From contig JBKQUS010000133.1 in assembly GCA_052325505.1 (NCBI GenBank), forward strand, positions 1,807-65,806: DNA of 64,000 bases, given 5' to 3'. Positions 9,368 through 19,677 of the stretch are shown here, piece by piece. Each line of letters begins with the position of its first letter. Position 1 is the stretch's first letter. The notes beneath the pieces are model-generated. The model searched no databases, was not told the DNA's origin, and worked only from the letters and a program-made list of their open reading frames with translations. Both the position numbers and the translations under genes were made by a program. This stretch comes from Limisphaerales bacterium (lineage in GTDB: Bacteria > Verrucomicrobiota > Verrucomicrobiia > Limisphaerales > Palsa-1400).

Positions 9368-10237
9368 ATGAAAACACAACGTCGTTCCGGCTTCACGCTG
9401 ATTGAGCTGCTGGTGGTCATCGCCGTCATCGCGATTCTGGCCGCCCTGCTGCTCCCCGCTTTGGCCAAGGCCAAGGAGGAGGCCAACCGCGCCGCCTGTT
9501 TCAGCAACTTGAAACAATGGGGCCTGGCCCAAAACATGTATCTGGACGACAGCAAGGGCGTTTTTCCCACCAGCAAAATCCCCCCCGACCCTCCGCTGAC
9601 CCCGCCGAGTTACACTGCTACTACGGCCAAGACCCCCACCTGGCTTGACTTGACCGATATCCAATACATGAGCCAGCAAAGAGGCGTCTCCATCGGCAGC
9701 GACGCCTGGTTCAATGCACTGCCGCCCTACATCGCGTCCAAGGCCTTGTGGCAATATGCGGTCACTGGCGCGTCGAGCACTTTCAACATCTCGAAAAGCA
9801 TTTATCGATGCCCCACGGCGGCGCTCCTGCCGCAGGATACGACCATTCCGACCGGCCAGATCCTGTTCAATTACGCCATGAACTCCAAAGGAAACAATGA
9901 CCTGCCCAATGGCGTGGACTTGAAGCAGCAGGATGTGCTGCATCCTTCCGCATTCGTGCTGTTTTGCGAGTGCCGCACGGAGCAGTTCGAAACCCCCTAT
10001 TACGGAGCCGGCAGCGGTAATGCTGACATCCTGTGTTCTTGCGAATGCTACACGACTCGTTTGTCCTCCCGCCATAGCAAGGGATCGAACATCTGCTTCA
10101 GCGATGGCCACGTCAGATATTACAAATACATCTATACCTGCACCCTGTGTAACGGCAACAACGCCTGCGATCCCGGCCAGCCCGACATCAACTGGAGTTG
10201 CGACGGGGTCACGATTGGCGGCGCGGATGTTGAGTAA
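9368..10237 (+). CDS. Prepilin-type N-terminal cleavage/methylation domain protein with H-X9-DG motif (DUF1559-like)
   Basis: The N-terminus reads [32 protein letters not shown]. The C-terminal motif is [15 protein letters not shown] (H-X9-DG). The track ORF begins at a TTG at 9362; the ATG at 9368 is the likelier start. Confidence 0.85.
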   Translation: MKTQRRSGFTLIELLVVIAVIAILAALLLPALAKAKEEANRAACFSNLKQWGLAQNMYLDDSKGVFPTSKIPPDPPLTPPSYTATTAKTPTWLDLTDIQYMSQQRGVSIGSDAWFNALPPYIASKALWQYAVTGASSTFNISKSIYRCPTAALLPQDTTIPTGQILFNYAMNSKGNNDLPNGVDLKQQDVLHPSAFVLFCECRTEQFETPYYGAGSGNADILCSCECYTTRLSSRHSKGSNICFSDGHVRYYKYIYTCTLCNGNNACDPGQPDINWSCDGVTIGGADVE

Positions 10238-10268
10238 CGGCTGATGCTCCCGTAATTTCCCTTCCAAA

Positions 10269-10985
10269 ATGAAGAACCGCCGTTTGCAGTTTCCGGGCCT
10301 TTTTGCGCCCGTTTTGTTTGCGCTGGCCATGGCTGTTGCGCCGTTGCAGGCCCGGGCAGCGCATTACCTGCCCGACGGCCAACCCGACGCCATCTTACTG
10401 CTTGCGCCGCCGCCGCTGCCCGGTTCGCCGGAGGAAGCCGCCGATCTGGCCGAAGTGCGATCGGTTTGCCGCGCCGCTCCCACCAATGATGTTTCCGCCG
10501 CCATGGCTGAAAGGAAGTTCTCTGTCTTTACTTTTGCGCCAGCCATCGGGGATTTTTTCCAACCCGGCAAATATCCCAAGACCGGGCAGTTTTTCCATCA
10601 AGTGCAGAAAGACGCCGCCAACGCGACCGATGACGCGAAGGAGTTCTGGAAACGTCCGCGCCCTTACGTCTTGGATCCCACCCTGGCCGCCGGCAAACTG
10701 GAGAAGAGCTTCAGCTATCCCAGCGGCCATTCAACGGAGTCCATGGTCCTGGCGCTGGTGCTGGCTGACTTGTTTCCTGACAAGCGTGATGCCATCCTCG
10801 CGGAAGCGCGCCGCGTCGGCTGGCATCGGGTCGAGATTGCCCGGCATTATCCCACCGATATTTATGCCGGCCGGGTCTTCGCCCAGGCCATTGTGCGGGA
10901 GATGAAAAAGAATCCCGCATTCCAGGCGGATTTTGCCGCGGTCAAAGCTGAAATCGCCGCCCTGCCGCAAGCGGCCCGCAATTGA
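10269..10985 (+). CDS. Class A (PAP2 superfamily) acid phosphatase, secreted
   Basis: It has a signal peptide and the three PAP2 motifs: KRPRPY, YPSGHS and HRVEIARHYPTD. Confidence 0.85.
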   Translation: MKNRRLQFPGLFAPVLFALAMAVAPLQARAAHYLPDGQPDAILLLAPPPLPGSPEEAADLAEVRSVCRAAPTNDVSAAMAERKFSVFTFAPAIGDFFQPGKYPKTGQFFHQVQKDAANATDDAKEFWKRPRPYVLDPTLAAGKLEKSFSYPSGHSTESMVLALVLADLFPDKRDAILAEARRVGWHRVEIARHYPTDIYAGRVFAQAIVREMKKNPAFQADFAAVKAEIAALPQAARN

Positions 10986-11009
10986 CGAAGCGACGGCACC
11001 CCAGCCGCG

Positions 11010-12215
11010 TTACCGCGCCACTTCAAAGGCAAAGCCCTTGAGATACTCCGTCTCCGGGATTGCCGGCAGAACAGGATGGTCGGGCGACTGGCTGAAAGTC
11101 GCCACGCGGCGCAGGATGCGACGGGCATCGAAGGCCGCTTCCAGAATGACGGCTTGGAACATGGCGGCGTCCACGTGGTGCGAACAACAAAATGTCGCGA
11201 GCGTTCCCCCGGTCCTCAACAGCTTCAGCGCCCGCAAGTGAATCTCCTTGTAGCCCCGCATCGCATCGTCCACGGCGGCGCGCGTGCGCGTGAAGGAGGG
11301 CGGGTCAAGTATAATGCCATCAAATGCCGGGATGACCTTCTCGTGCGGGCGCACAGCGGTCCGGGCCTTGAGCCAGTCGAAGACGTTGACCGTCTCAAAG
11401 GAGCATTGCGCGGCCAGCCCGTTGGCCTGCGTCAGGCGGCCCGCCGCGGCAACCACCTCCTCGCTCTGGTCCAAGCCGTGGACATGGGCGGCGCCGGCGC
11501 GGGCGCAATGAAGCGCAAATCCCCCCAGGAAACTGAAACAATCCAATACCTGCCCGCCCCGGATCAACCCGGCCACCTTTTGGTAATTCTCTTGCTGGTC
11601 CAGGTAGAGGCCTGTCTTGTGGCCGCCCAAAATATCCACGTCGAACTTCAAGCCGTTGAGGTCGATTTGCACCGGCCCCTCCAACGTGCCGCTCAAAAGG
11701 CCGTTGCTTTCGGGCAGCCCCTCGAATTTGCGAAACGACGCCTCGCTCCGTTCCACGATGGCGCGCGGGGAGAAAATCCCCTGGAGCGCTTCGACAATCA
11801 TCGTTTTGCGCTGGTCCATGCCGAGCGAGGAGATTTGCACCACGAGAACGTCGCCGTATTTGTCAACAATCAGTCCGCTCAAAAAATCGCTCTCCGCATT
11901 GACCACGCGGAAGGACGAGGCGCGCGGCAAATGGCGCTGCCTCACCGCCAGCGCGGCGCGAATGCGTTGGGCGAAAAAGTCGCCGTTGACCTCGACCCGC
12001 TCCGGCGCAACCACCCTGACTTGGATTTTTGATTTTGAGTTATAAAAACCCACGCCCAGAAAACGCTGCCGGTGGTCCTTGATTTGCACCAGCGCGCCGT
12101 CGGCGGCCGGGGCCGTCAGGCGCAGCACCGAGGCGGCATAAATCCACGGATGCCCGGCGATGACACGGTCGGCGGCGCCGGGCGTCAGCAAAACAGTTGG
12201 CAATGAAATTTGCAT
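11010..12215 (-). CDS. rlmI: RlmI-like SAM-dependent rRNA (cytosine-C5) methyltransferase (PUA plus MTase)
   Basis: 401 aa. The N-terminus GAADRVIAGHPWIYAASV is PUA-like. The MTase core shows VLDCFSFLGGFALHCA and IILDPPSF. Confidence 0.8.
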   Translation of the reverse strand: MQISLPTVLLTPGAADRVIAGHPWIYAASVLRLTAPAADGALVQIKDHRQRFLGVGFYNSKSKIQVRVVAPERVEVNGDFFAQRIRAALAVRQRHLPRASSFRVVNAESDFLSGLIVDKYGDVLVVQISSLGMDQRKTMIVEALQGIFSPRAIVERSEASFRKFEGLPESNGLLSGTLEGPVQIDLNGLKFDVDILGGHKTGLYLDQQENYQKVAGLIRGGQVLDCFSFLGGFALHCARAGAAHVHGLDQSEEVVAAAGRLTQANGLAAQCSFETVNVFDWLKARTAVRPHEKVIPAFDGIILDPPSFTRTRAAVDDAMRGYKEIHLRALKLLRTGGTLATFCCSHHVDAAMFQAVILEAAFDARRILRRVATFSQSPDHPVLPAIPETEYLKGFAFEVAR

Positions 12216-12279
12216 TCTGTCAGCAGTCTGCCGTCCCGCGACTCATCCCACAACAATAAGGCGCGAAGATTATTACGGA

Positions 12280-12927
12280 TTATTGCGGATTATCCTGCAA
12301 CCAGGTGTCGATGGTGGAGGCCCATTGGTCCCAATTCGTGCCGTTATCTGCCTGGGTGAGAAGGCCGAGCAAATCCAGCGCCTGGTCCTTGAGGGGATGA
12401 GAGCTGTTGCTGGCGATGGCCAGCAGCATGGGAAGCTTGAGGGAATTACTGCGATTGAGCAGGTCGTTCATCAGCACGCCCGACACCTCGGGGGACGTGT
12501 CGGCATTGGTCAGCAATTCGGCCGCCCCGTCGTAATGGTCGTCCTGCACCATGTTGACCAGATGTTGCGCCAGCTCCTGCTGGGCCGCGGCGGGAGCGCG
12601 CGGGATTAAGGCCAGGATTTTGTCGGCCTTGCCGTTGTCATCGTCGTCGCCGAGAAGGATGTCATCAAGCTGTTGTTCCCAATCGGCGGCGCCCTGGTCG
12701 AGGTGGCGCGAGAACTTGACGTGCGCCGGTTCGCGCCCTGCGGGCGAAGTTTCCGGCGCAGGCTGGGCCGCCATCGGCGCGACCGCCAGCGGCGTGCTGA
12801 CTGGCGGAGGCGCGGCGACGGGCGTGACGTCCCCCCGCCGGCTGACCAGCCAGCCGATCAAAGTTCCCAAAACGGCCGCCAGCGCCAGCACCGCCAATGC
12901 CCGGAGCACCTTGTTTAAATTGCTCAT
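12280..12927 (-). CDS. Hypothetical membrane-anchored protein
   Basis: 215 aa with an N-terminal TM helix (LRALAVLALAAVLGTLIGWLV), a Pro/Ala-rich linker and an acidic helical C-terminal domain. I recognise no family. Confidence 0.5.
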   Translation of the reverse strand: MSNLNKVLRALAVLALAAVLGTLIGWLVSRRGDVTPVAAPPPVSTPLAVAPMAAQPAPETSPAGREPAHVKFSRHLDQGAADWEQQLDDILLGDDDDNGKADKILALIPRAPAAAQQELAQHLVNMVQDDHYDGAAELLTNADTSPEVSGVLMNDLLNRSNSLKLPMLLAIASNSSHPLKDQALDLLGLLTQADNGTNWDQWASTIDTWLQDNPQ

Positions 12928-12996
12928 CGTTCTATCTTACAATCCAACCCCGCAGGGTCAACATTGTTGCGCCTGGCGCGCCGGTTTTGCGCGCGT

Positions 12997-13806
12997 TCAA
13001 CCTCCGTCCATTTTCGGGAAAAAACCGTGAGCGGCGGCAATGGTCGCCGTGCTGAGTTCTTCCAGCGAACAGTTCTTGACCTCCGCAGCCAGGAGGGAAA
13101 TTTCCCTGACGTAGGCCGGTTCGCAACGCTTGCCCCGAAACGGCACCGGGGCCAGAAAAGGGCAATCGGTCTCGAACATAAACTGGCCGAGCGGAGCGGC
13201 GGCCAGCGCCTCGCGCGCGTTCCGGCCGTTCTTAAAGGTGAGGATGCCGGTGAAGCTGACGAGTGATCCCAAGGCCAGCACCCGGCGCAACGCCCCGGCG
13301 TCTTCGGAGAAACAGTGGAACACCCCGCGCGTCCGGCCCGCGAACGGCTGCATTACCGCCACAGTGTCCTCGAACGATTCGCGCTGGTGGATGACGCAGT
13401 TTAATCCCCGTTCTGCGGCCACTTCCAGTTGCTGGCGGAAAATTTCCTTCTGCCGCTCTTTGTATTGCTCGAACCCGGCCTGCTCTTTCGCGTCATCAGG
13501 ACGCCGGTGATAATCCAGACCCGTTTCGCCGATGGCCACCACTTTGGGATGGGCCGCCAGCTCGCGCAACGCCGGACGGACGTCGGGCGGGGCTTCCAGG
13601 GCTTCCGTAGGATGCCAGCCCACGGCGGCGAAGACGTTTGGGAACTGTTCGGCAATACGGATGGCCTGGGCGCTGCTCTCGAGGTCAGTGCCAATGGTGA
13701 TGATCTTGCCGATGTCGGCGGCGGCGGCCCGTTCGATTACTTCGAGCAAGTCGCGGGCAAAATCGGGAAAACCGAGATGGGCGTGCGTATCGTAAAAAAC
13801 AGGCAT
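12997..13806 (-). CDS. tatD: TatD-family metal-dependent hydrolase
   Basis: MPVFYDTHAHL is the classic TatD N-terminus, with later GETGLDY and motifs around HCFS. The track ORF starts 12 codons upstream at 13842; the ATG at 13806 fits the family better. Confidence 0.85.
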   Translation of the reverse strand: MPVFYDTHAHLGFPDFARDLLEVIERAAAADIGKIITIGTDLESSAQAIRIAEQFPNVFAAVGWHPTEALEAPPDVRPALRELAAHPKVVAIGETGLDYHRRPDDAKEQAGFEQYKERQKEIFRQQLEVAAERGLNCVIHQRESFEDTVAVMQPFAGRTRGVFHCFSEDAGALRRVLALGSLVSFTGILTFKNGRNAREALAAAPLGQFMFETDCPFLAPVPFRGKRCEPAYVREISLLAAEVKNCSLEELSTATIAAAHGFFPKMDGG

Positions 13807-13888
13807 GTCAAAATCAGTGAAAAAAACATAGCTGAAGGCCAAGGCGCGCGCAAGTCAGTCGAATCCCTGGAAGTGGTACAGTTTGAAT

Positions 13889-14617
13889 TCATTTGAGCAG
13901 CCGGACGAACTCCTCCAAGCTCCAAACATGATCGGCAACGCCGGCCTCCATTGCCGGGATGACGCGCAAGGCCGTATGAATGCGGGTGAAATTATAGTGC
14001 ATGAAGTGGAGGGCCACAGCCGACTCGCGGTTCTCGACTTTCTTTGAAAAGGCGTTCGTGAGCCGGGTAAATCGGCGCATGGACATCCGCAGGGTGAGGT
14101 TTTGCCGCTCGGTATGGCTGGTGGAAATATGCGCGTAATGAGGATGGCCGGAAATGACCGCCTTTCGTGCCCCCATGCGCTGGGCCGGGCTGTAACGCAC
14201 TTCCGGGGCCTTCCCTCCAAGGCCAGATTCATTGCCGTGAATCTTCACCAGTTGCGCATAATCAATGTCCGCGCCAAGGGCTTCCTCTGTGGCTTGAACG
14301 TAAAGCTTTAAGCCGTCCGTGGTCAATTGGACGCTGGTGGCAAGCCGCCCGCGCAGATCGTGCATGAAATGATATGCCGCGCTGGCGTCCCGCAGTCCGA
14401 CGTCCCAGCAGGGAACGAGCTTGGTCTTGGAATCAAGCGCGGTCCAAGACCAAATGTCGCCTCAGCCGCCACGCTTTTGCAGAGTGGGGCCATCCAAAGC
14501 GTCGGCCGCACGTTGCAGGGCCGGGACATCGGCCGCGGCCGTGAAGCGGTTGTTATCTTTGGCAAAGGCGGTGTGGCGGCGGAGCAACTCCCGCTCGATG
14601 AAATGGTGGTCGTTGAG
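13889..14617 (-). pseudogene. IS1-family-like DDE transposase relic (in-frame stop, no N-terminal DNA-binding region)
   Basis: ORF 13889..14365 ends with TERQNLTLRMSMRRFTRLTNAFSKKVEN...HYNFTRIH. This resembles IS1 InsB [26 protein letters not shown]. Hand translation upstream in the same frame continues ...LQKRGG*GDIWSWTALDSKTKL, with a TGA at 14462..14464 and a TAA at 14618..14620. Confidence 0.6.
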
Positions 14618-14781
14618 TTAGGCGGTGACCTGGAAGGGGAGAAACACAAGATGTTTGAAGTTTTGAAGGTGCCGACGGCAGAAGCAATATCCGGCCAACC
14701 GGAGCTTCCGGGTCGGTGACTTCAAAATTTCAAATGTCTTTGGCCAGGATCAGGAGAAGGAGCTAATCGAAATGCCTTGAA

Positions 14782-15306
14782 TCATTTCCGGCGCGCCTTT
14801 TTTACCGGCGCGTCAGCCAGGGCGCGGCAACGTTCCGAGACCCAGGCCAGATTTTCCAAGAACTCCTCGCGCTTTTTCTCGCTCCATTCCGCCAGCGCCT
14901 CGGTTTGAAGCGCGGCGGCTATTTTCCGCGCACGGCTGTATTGCCTGCGGCCGGCGGGAAGGAGGCGCAGGCGGTTGGCGCGCCGGTCCTTTTCGTGGGG
15001 CGCACGCGCGACCCAGCCGCCATGCTCCATCCGTTCCACCAGCGCGCCGACGGTGTTCGGGTCGCTGGCCATCAGTCGGGTCAAATCGCTCTGCGTCAAT
15101 CCCCCCGGCTCGTGCTCGGACAACGTGCGCAAGGCGGTGAACTGGTCGGGAGTCAACCCGCTGCGCGCCAGGCGCCGGCGGAACGTCTGGTTCAAACTGT
15201 ACCAGGCATGGCGGAGCAGGATGGGCAGCCGCCGCCGCCCGGGCGCGTCGATGGGCAGGGCGGCGGAGGCGGAAACTTGTTTTTTGGAGGCCATGGGCGT
15301 TTGCAA
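14782..15306 (-). CDS. MarR-family transcriptional regulator
   Basis: 174 aa with a winged-helix core: LTPDQFTALRTLSEHEPGGLTQSDLTRLMASDPNTVGALVERMEHGGWVARAPHEKDRRANRLRL. It is divergent from the operon starting at 15418. Confidence 0.85.
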   Translation of the reverse strand: MQTPMASKKQVSASAALPIDAPGRRRLPILLRHAWYSLNQTFRRRLARSGLTPDQFTALRTLSEHEPGGLTQSDLTRLMASDPNTVGALVERMEHGGWVARAPHEKDRRANRLRLLPAGRRQYSRARKIAAALQTEALAEWSEKKREEFLENLAWVSERCRALADAPVKKARRK

Positions 15307-15417
15307 AAGTATTACGTGTAAGTATTATTAATGTTGCATATTCCAAAATATGTAGAACAATATCCGTGTGCTTTAAAGACAATAATCGTGTGGAAGGTCT
15401 GCGCCCTCTATTGATTT

Positions 15418-17745
15418 ATGAAATTGAAAATACCGGTTGTGTGCCTGCTCTGTCTTTTCCTCTCCGGGATCGAGGCCGCGCCCGCCGCCCCGACCGGCTG
15501 GTTTAACTGGCGCGGGCCAAACCAGAACGGCACCTCCTCGGAAAGAAACCTGCCGGACACGCTGGACGCCGCCAAACCGCTTTGGACGGCCGATTTCCCC
15601 GGCATGTCCACCGCCGTGGCGGCCAACGGCAGGATTTACATCCTCGGTTATCTCGGCGAAGGACCGGATTTGTCGGAGGGCGTGGCTTGTTTCGACGCCA
15701 ACACCGGGGAAAAATTGTGGGAAAAGCTCTATCTGGATTTTCTGAGCGACACGATTTATCTGCGCTATGCCACCTCCAGCCCGACGATCGATCCTGACAC
15801 CGGCAACGTCTATATCCAGGACACCCAGGGAATTTTCGCGGGCTTCACCACCGACGGCCAAGAGCTTTGGGAACACTCGTTGATGGAAGAATATGGCCGC
15901 CTGACTTTTCCCAATGGCCGAACCGCCTCGCCCGTCGTCGATCAGGATCTGGTCATCACCCGCGGCATCACCGCCAACTGGGGCGGGCAAGGCCCGGCTG
16001 CGGACCGGTTTTATGCCTTCGATAAAATGACCGGGGAAGCCGTCTGGTCATCGACTCCGGGCGGGCGTCCGAAGGACAATTCATATTCGCATCCCGTTTT
16101 GGCCTGGCTGGATGGCCGGCGCGTCTTTTACGCCGCCACGGGCGACGGTGCCGTCGTCTGCGTCAACGCCCGCAACGGCAATCCCATTTTCCGGATTCCG
16201 ATTTTCAAGGCGGGCATCAACTCGTCGCTTTTGCTGCACGGCGATGATGAAATCATTGCCATTTACGGAACGCCCTACGATCCAGGCCGGATGGTCGGCC
16301 TCAAAATCCCGCATGTCACACCCACCAACGCTGCCGAACCCGTGATCGTGCCGCGTGCCGACGCGCTGCTCTGGGAAAATGAAATTCGCACTTCGGCAAG
16401 CTCGCCCATCCTGGTGGGCGACCGCGTTTATGTCACGAGTGAGATCGGCTATTTGGTGGCGGTGGACGCGAAGACCGGCACGGTGCTGTGGAGATTGAAG
16501 CTCGGCATTGAGCAGCGCAATTCCTGCCCGCTTTATGCCGACGGCAAGATCTACGCCCCCATCGTCAATGATCCGGACGCCTCCGCCGCCATCGGCGAGG
16601 AAAGCGCCGAAGGCGCCCATGGCGCGCTTTATGTCATCGCGCCCGGAGATAACGAAGGAAAAATCCTCTGCCACACGATGCTGGACGGACGCTGCTTCGG
16701 TACGCCCACGGCTTACAACGGCCGTATCTACATGCAAACCACCAAAAAGCTCTACTGCTTCGGCCCCGCCACGCCCGCCTCCACCTCATTCGAAACCGCC
16801 GACGCCGCGCCGGTCGAGAAATGGCCGGAGCCTGGCCCGGCCAAGAGCCTGCTGGCCGTTCCTTCCGAGTTGCTGTTGCAGCCTAGCGACACAGTGTCGT
16901 TTCATGTCCGCGCGCTCGACGCCAACGGTTTGACCGTGCGCCCGATTGATGACCCGAAGTCAATCCAATGGTCGTCCTTCATCCCGCCCACAGCGAAGGT
17001 CAGAGCCACCCTGAAAGCCTCGTTTAACTCCGACGGACAATTGGTGGCGGCCCCGGACAAAACGCCTTCCGCCGGCGCGTTCCAGGCTAAAGCGGACGGC
17101 CTGGCCGGCTACATCCGCGGGCGAATTCTGCCCGGCCTGCCCATCCGGCAGGATTTTAAAAGTTTCAATCTCACCGAAACCGCCAGCAATGCCTTTGAGC
17201 CGCCCGCGAAATTCGCCTACCCGCCCCTGCCGTGGATCGGCGCTCGTTTCAAATTCGACGTGCGCGAAAAGGACGGCGCGAAATGTCTTGTCAAGACGAT
17301 TGACAACCCATTCTTCCAGCGCGCCACCGTCTTCATGGGTTCGCCGGACCTGAAAAATTACACCATCGAAGCTGACGTCATGAGCGATGGCAACAAGCGG
17401 AAAATGTCCACCGTCGGCGTAATCAACCAGCGTTATCGCATCTCGCTCAAGGGCAACGAACAGGCCCTCGAAGTGACTTCCAACGAGCAACTGCTCGATG
17501 TCATGCAGCCTTTTCACTGGGCGGCCAACGAGTGGTATCATTTGAAGGCGCGGGTCGATGTGGTGGCGGATGGCTCGGGGGTCGTGCGCGGCAAGGCCTG
17601 GAAACGGGGCGACACTGAACCGGCCGCTTGGGGCATCGAGGTGCCGCTCAAACACACCAGCACCTGTGGCTGCCCCGGCCTCTTCGCTTTCTCGCCACAG
17701 AACATGCGCGTGTATATCGACAATATTGCCGTCACCCCGAATTGA
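15418..17745 (+). CDS. Secreted PQQ-like (BamB-like) beta-propeller repeat protein with a C-terminal lectin/DUF1080-like domain
   Basis: 775 aa with a signal peptide. It has repeated W..(D/T).G...W / ..SP.. / GRIY-type propeller blades. The C-terminal roughly 200 aa (WYHLKARVD...VYIDNIAVTP) looks like a concanavalin-type domain. Confidence 0.75.
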   Translation: MKLKIPVVCLLCLFLSGIEAAPAAPTGWFNWRGPNQNGTSSERNLPDTLDAAKPLWTADFPGMSTAVAANGRIYILGYLGEGPDLSEGVACFDANTGEKLWEKLYLDFLSDTIYLRYATSSPTIDPDTGNVYIQDTQGIFAGFTTDGQELWEHSLMEEYGRLTFPNGRTASPVVDQDLVITRGITANWGGQGPAADRFYAFDKMTGEAVWSSTPGGRPKDNSYSHPVLAWLDGRRVFYAATGDGAVVCVNARNGNPIFRIPIFKAGINSSLLLHGDDEIIAIYGTPYDPGRMVGLKIPHVTPTNAAEPVIVPRADALLWENEIRTSASSPILVGDRVYVTSEIGYLVAVDAKTGTVLWRLKLGIEQRNSCPLYADGKIYAPIVNDPDASAAIGEESAEGAHGALYVIAPGDNEGKILCHTMLDGRCFGTPTAYNGRIYMQTTKKLYCFGPATPASTSFETADAAPVEKWPEPGPAKSLLAVPSELLLQPSDTVSFHVRALDANGLTVRPIDDPKSIQWSSFIPPTAKVRATLKASFNSDGQLVAAPDKTPSAGAFQAKADGLAGYIRGRILPGLPIRQDFKSFNLTETASNAFEPPAKFAYPPLPWIGARFKFDVREKDGAKCLVKTIDNPFFQRATVFMGSPDLKNYTIEADVMSDGNKRKMSTVGVINQRYRISLKGNEQALEVTSNEQLLDVMQPFHWAANEWYHLKARVDVVADGSGVVRGKAWKRGDTEPAAWGIEVPLKHTSTCGCPGLFAFSPQNMRVYIDNIAVTPN

Positions 17746-17749
17746 ATTT

Positions 17750-19441
17750 ATGAAAGCTAATCTCATCTGTTTTTCCAGCGTCGCTGCCGCACTTTTGGCC
17801 GGCGGCTTGATCGCCCGCGGGGCCGACTGGCCGCGCTGGGGCGGGCCAGATCCGGGCCGCAACATGTGCTCCACGGAAACCGGCCTGCCCGACCACTTTA
17901 CCTCCGGCACCAACAGCCAAATCGGCCTTAAGCCGGGGACGGATGAAGTTGATGTCAACAATGTTCCAAACGTCAAATGGGCCGTCAAAATGGGCTCACA
18001 AAGCTACGGCAACGTTGTCGTCGCCGATGGCAAGGTCTTCATCGGCACCAACAACGAGAATCCGCGCGACCCCCAACACCAGGGCGACCGCAGCATCCTG
18101 ATGTGTTTCGACGAAAAGACCGGCGAGTTTCTCTGGCAATTGGTCATTCCCAAGCTGGCCTCGGGCAAGGTCAACGATTGGGAAAATCTCGGCCTGCTCT
18201 CGTCGCCCAACGTCGAGGGCAACCGCGTTTATATCGTCACCAGCCGTTGTGAAGTCATGTGCCTGACCACCGACGGCATGGCCAAGGGCAACCAAGGGCC
18301 TTTCATGGACGAAGCGCAATATGTCGCCGGCCCGGGCAACCCCCCCGCCAAAATCGGCCCGCACGATGCCGACATTGTCTGGAAGTACGACATGATGGAT
18401 GAGCTGGGCGTCTTCCCGCACAACGCCTCCAATTGTTCGCTCCTCATTGTGGGCGATTTGGTTTATGCCTGCACTTCCAACGGCCAGGACTGGACGCACG
18501 TCAACATCCCTTCCCCTAATTCCCCCAGCCTCATCGCGCTCGACAAGCACACCGGCAAACTCATGGGCGAGGACAATGCCGGCATCGGCCCGCGCATTTT
18601 TCACGGCGAATGGTGTTCCCCCTCCGCCGGGGTGGTCAATGGCCGCCAGCTCATTTTCTTCGGCGGCGGCGACGGCATTTGTTACGCCTTCGACGCAACG
18701 CCGCAAAAAGGCGACGGCTCGCCCATCGTCCCCGTCGTGCCCGGCCCGCCCAACCCCCGCTTCGAAGATAAGGACACCATGTATCTGAAGAAAGTCTGGT
18801 GGTACGATTGCAACCCGCCGGAGCGCCGGGTCAATGACGCCATGCACAAATATCCGGCGCCGGACGGCCCTAGCGAAATCAACGCCACCCCCGTTTTCTG
18901 GCATAACCGCGTCTATGCCGCCGTCGGCCAAGACCCCGAACATGGCGAGGGCGTCGGCATGCTCAATTGTATTGACGCCACCAAAACCGGCGACATCACC
19001 AAGGCCGGCAAAATCTGGAGCTACGACAAAATCCATCGCAGCCTCTCCACCGTCTCCATCGCGCCCAACGGCCTGTTGTTCATCGGCGACTTTTCCGGCT
19101 TCGTTCATTGCCTGGACGCCGAGACGGGCCACGTCTATTGGGTGCATGACATGAAGGCGCACATGTGGGGCTCGACCTTGGTCGCCGACGGCAAGGTTTA
19201 TTGCGGCGATGAGGACGGCGACCTAGTGGTTTTCGCCGCGAAAAAGGAAAAGCGGATTCTGAGCGAGACGAATTTGGGCGACCCGATTTATTCGACGCCA
19301 GTCGCGGCCAACGGCGTGCTTTACGTCCATTCCAACACGCATTTGTTCGCCTTTTACGATGCGGAACACAAGCGCATGGCCAGCGACGAGAAGCCGAAGG
19401 TTGAACTCGAACTGGGCAACCCGGGTGCGAACCAACGATGA
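17750..19441 (+). CDS. Secreted PQQ-like beta-propeller repeat protein
   Basis: The ATG at 17750 gives MKANLICFSSVAAALLAGGLIARGADWPRWGG, a signal peptide. The track start at 17558 would overlap the previous gene by about 190 nt. Propeller-blade motifs run throughout (GKVFIGT, GNRVYIVT, DLVYACT, NRVYAAVG, GLLFIGD, GKVYCGD, GVLYVHS). Confidence 0.8.
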   Translation: MKANLICFSSVAAALLAGGLIARGADWPRWGGPDPGRNMCSTETGLPDHFTSGTNSQIGLKPGTDEVDVNNVPNVKWAVKMGSQSYGNVVVADGKVFIGTNNENPRDPQHQGDRSILMCFDEKTGEFLWQLVIPKLASGKVNDWENLGLLSSPNVEGNRVYIVTSRCEVMCLTTDGMAKGNQGPFMDEAQYVAGPGNPPAKIGPHDADIVWKYDMMDELGVFPHNASNCSLLIVGDLVYACTSNGQDWTHVNIPSPNSPSLIALDKHTGKLMGEDNAGIGPRIFHGEWCSPSAGVVNGRQLIFFGGGDGICYAFDATPQKGDGSPIVPVVPGPPNPRFEDKDTMYLKKVWWYDCNPPERRVNDAMHKYPAPDGPSEINATPVFWHNRVYAAVGQDPEHGEGVGMLNCIDATKTGDITKAGKIWSYDKIHRSLSTVSIAPNGLLFIGDFSGFVHCLDAETGHVYWVHDMKAHMWGSTLVADGKVYCGDEDGDLVVFAAKKEKRILSETNLGDPIYSTPVAANGVLYVHSNTHLFAFYDAEHKRMASDEKPKVELELGNPGANQR

Positions 19442-19677
19442 AAAAACTCCTTTTATTTCTTCTTGTCGCGCTGGTCTATGCGGCGCATCAGGACGTGTGG
19501 AACTGGCGCCAATCCAGCCCCATGGTCTTCGGGTTCCTTCCCATCGGTCTGGCCTATCATGCGGCCTATTCCATCGCTGCCGCCGTCATGATGGCCGTTC
19601 TGGTCAGGTTCGCCTGGCCGAAGGGCCTGGAGGAGCGTGAAACGTCTTCGTCCGCTCCCCCGCCGCCTCATTCATGA
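19438..19677 (+). CDS. DUF3311-like small membrane protein (partner subunit of a sodium:solute symporter)
   Basis: 79 aa with two TM helices. ATGA start/stop overlaps occur on both sides. The position immediately upstream of an SSS permease is typical of DUF3311. Confidence 0.65.
   Translation: MKKLLLFLLVALVYAAHQDVWNWRQSSPMVFGFLPIGLAYHAAYSIAAAVMMAVLVRFAWPKGLEERETSSSAPPPPHS

Noticed and set aside
9359-10330. 323-aa minus-strand ORF
   Set aside because: It is antisense to the prepilin-type H-X9-DG gene, whose N-terminal methylation motif and C-terminal motif are diagnostic.
17558-17749. N-terminal 64-codon extension of the second PQQ-like gene
   Set aside because: It would overlap the preceding gene by about 190 nt and reads as Arg/Ala/Pro-rich junk. 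The ATG at 17750 yields a clean signal peptide 4 nt after the upstream stop.
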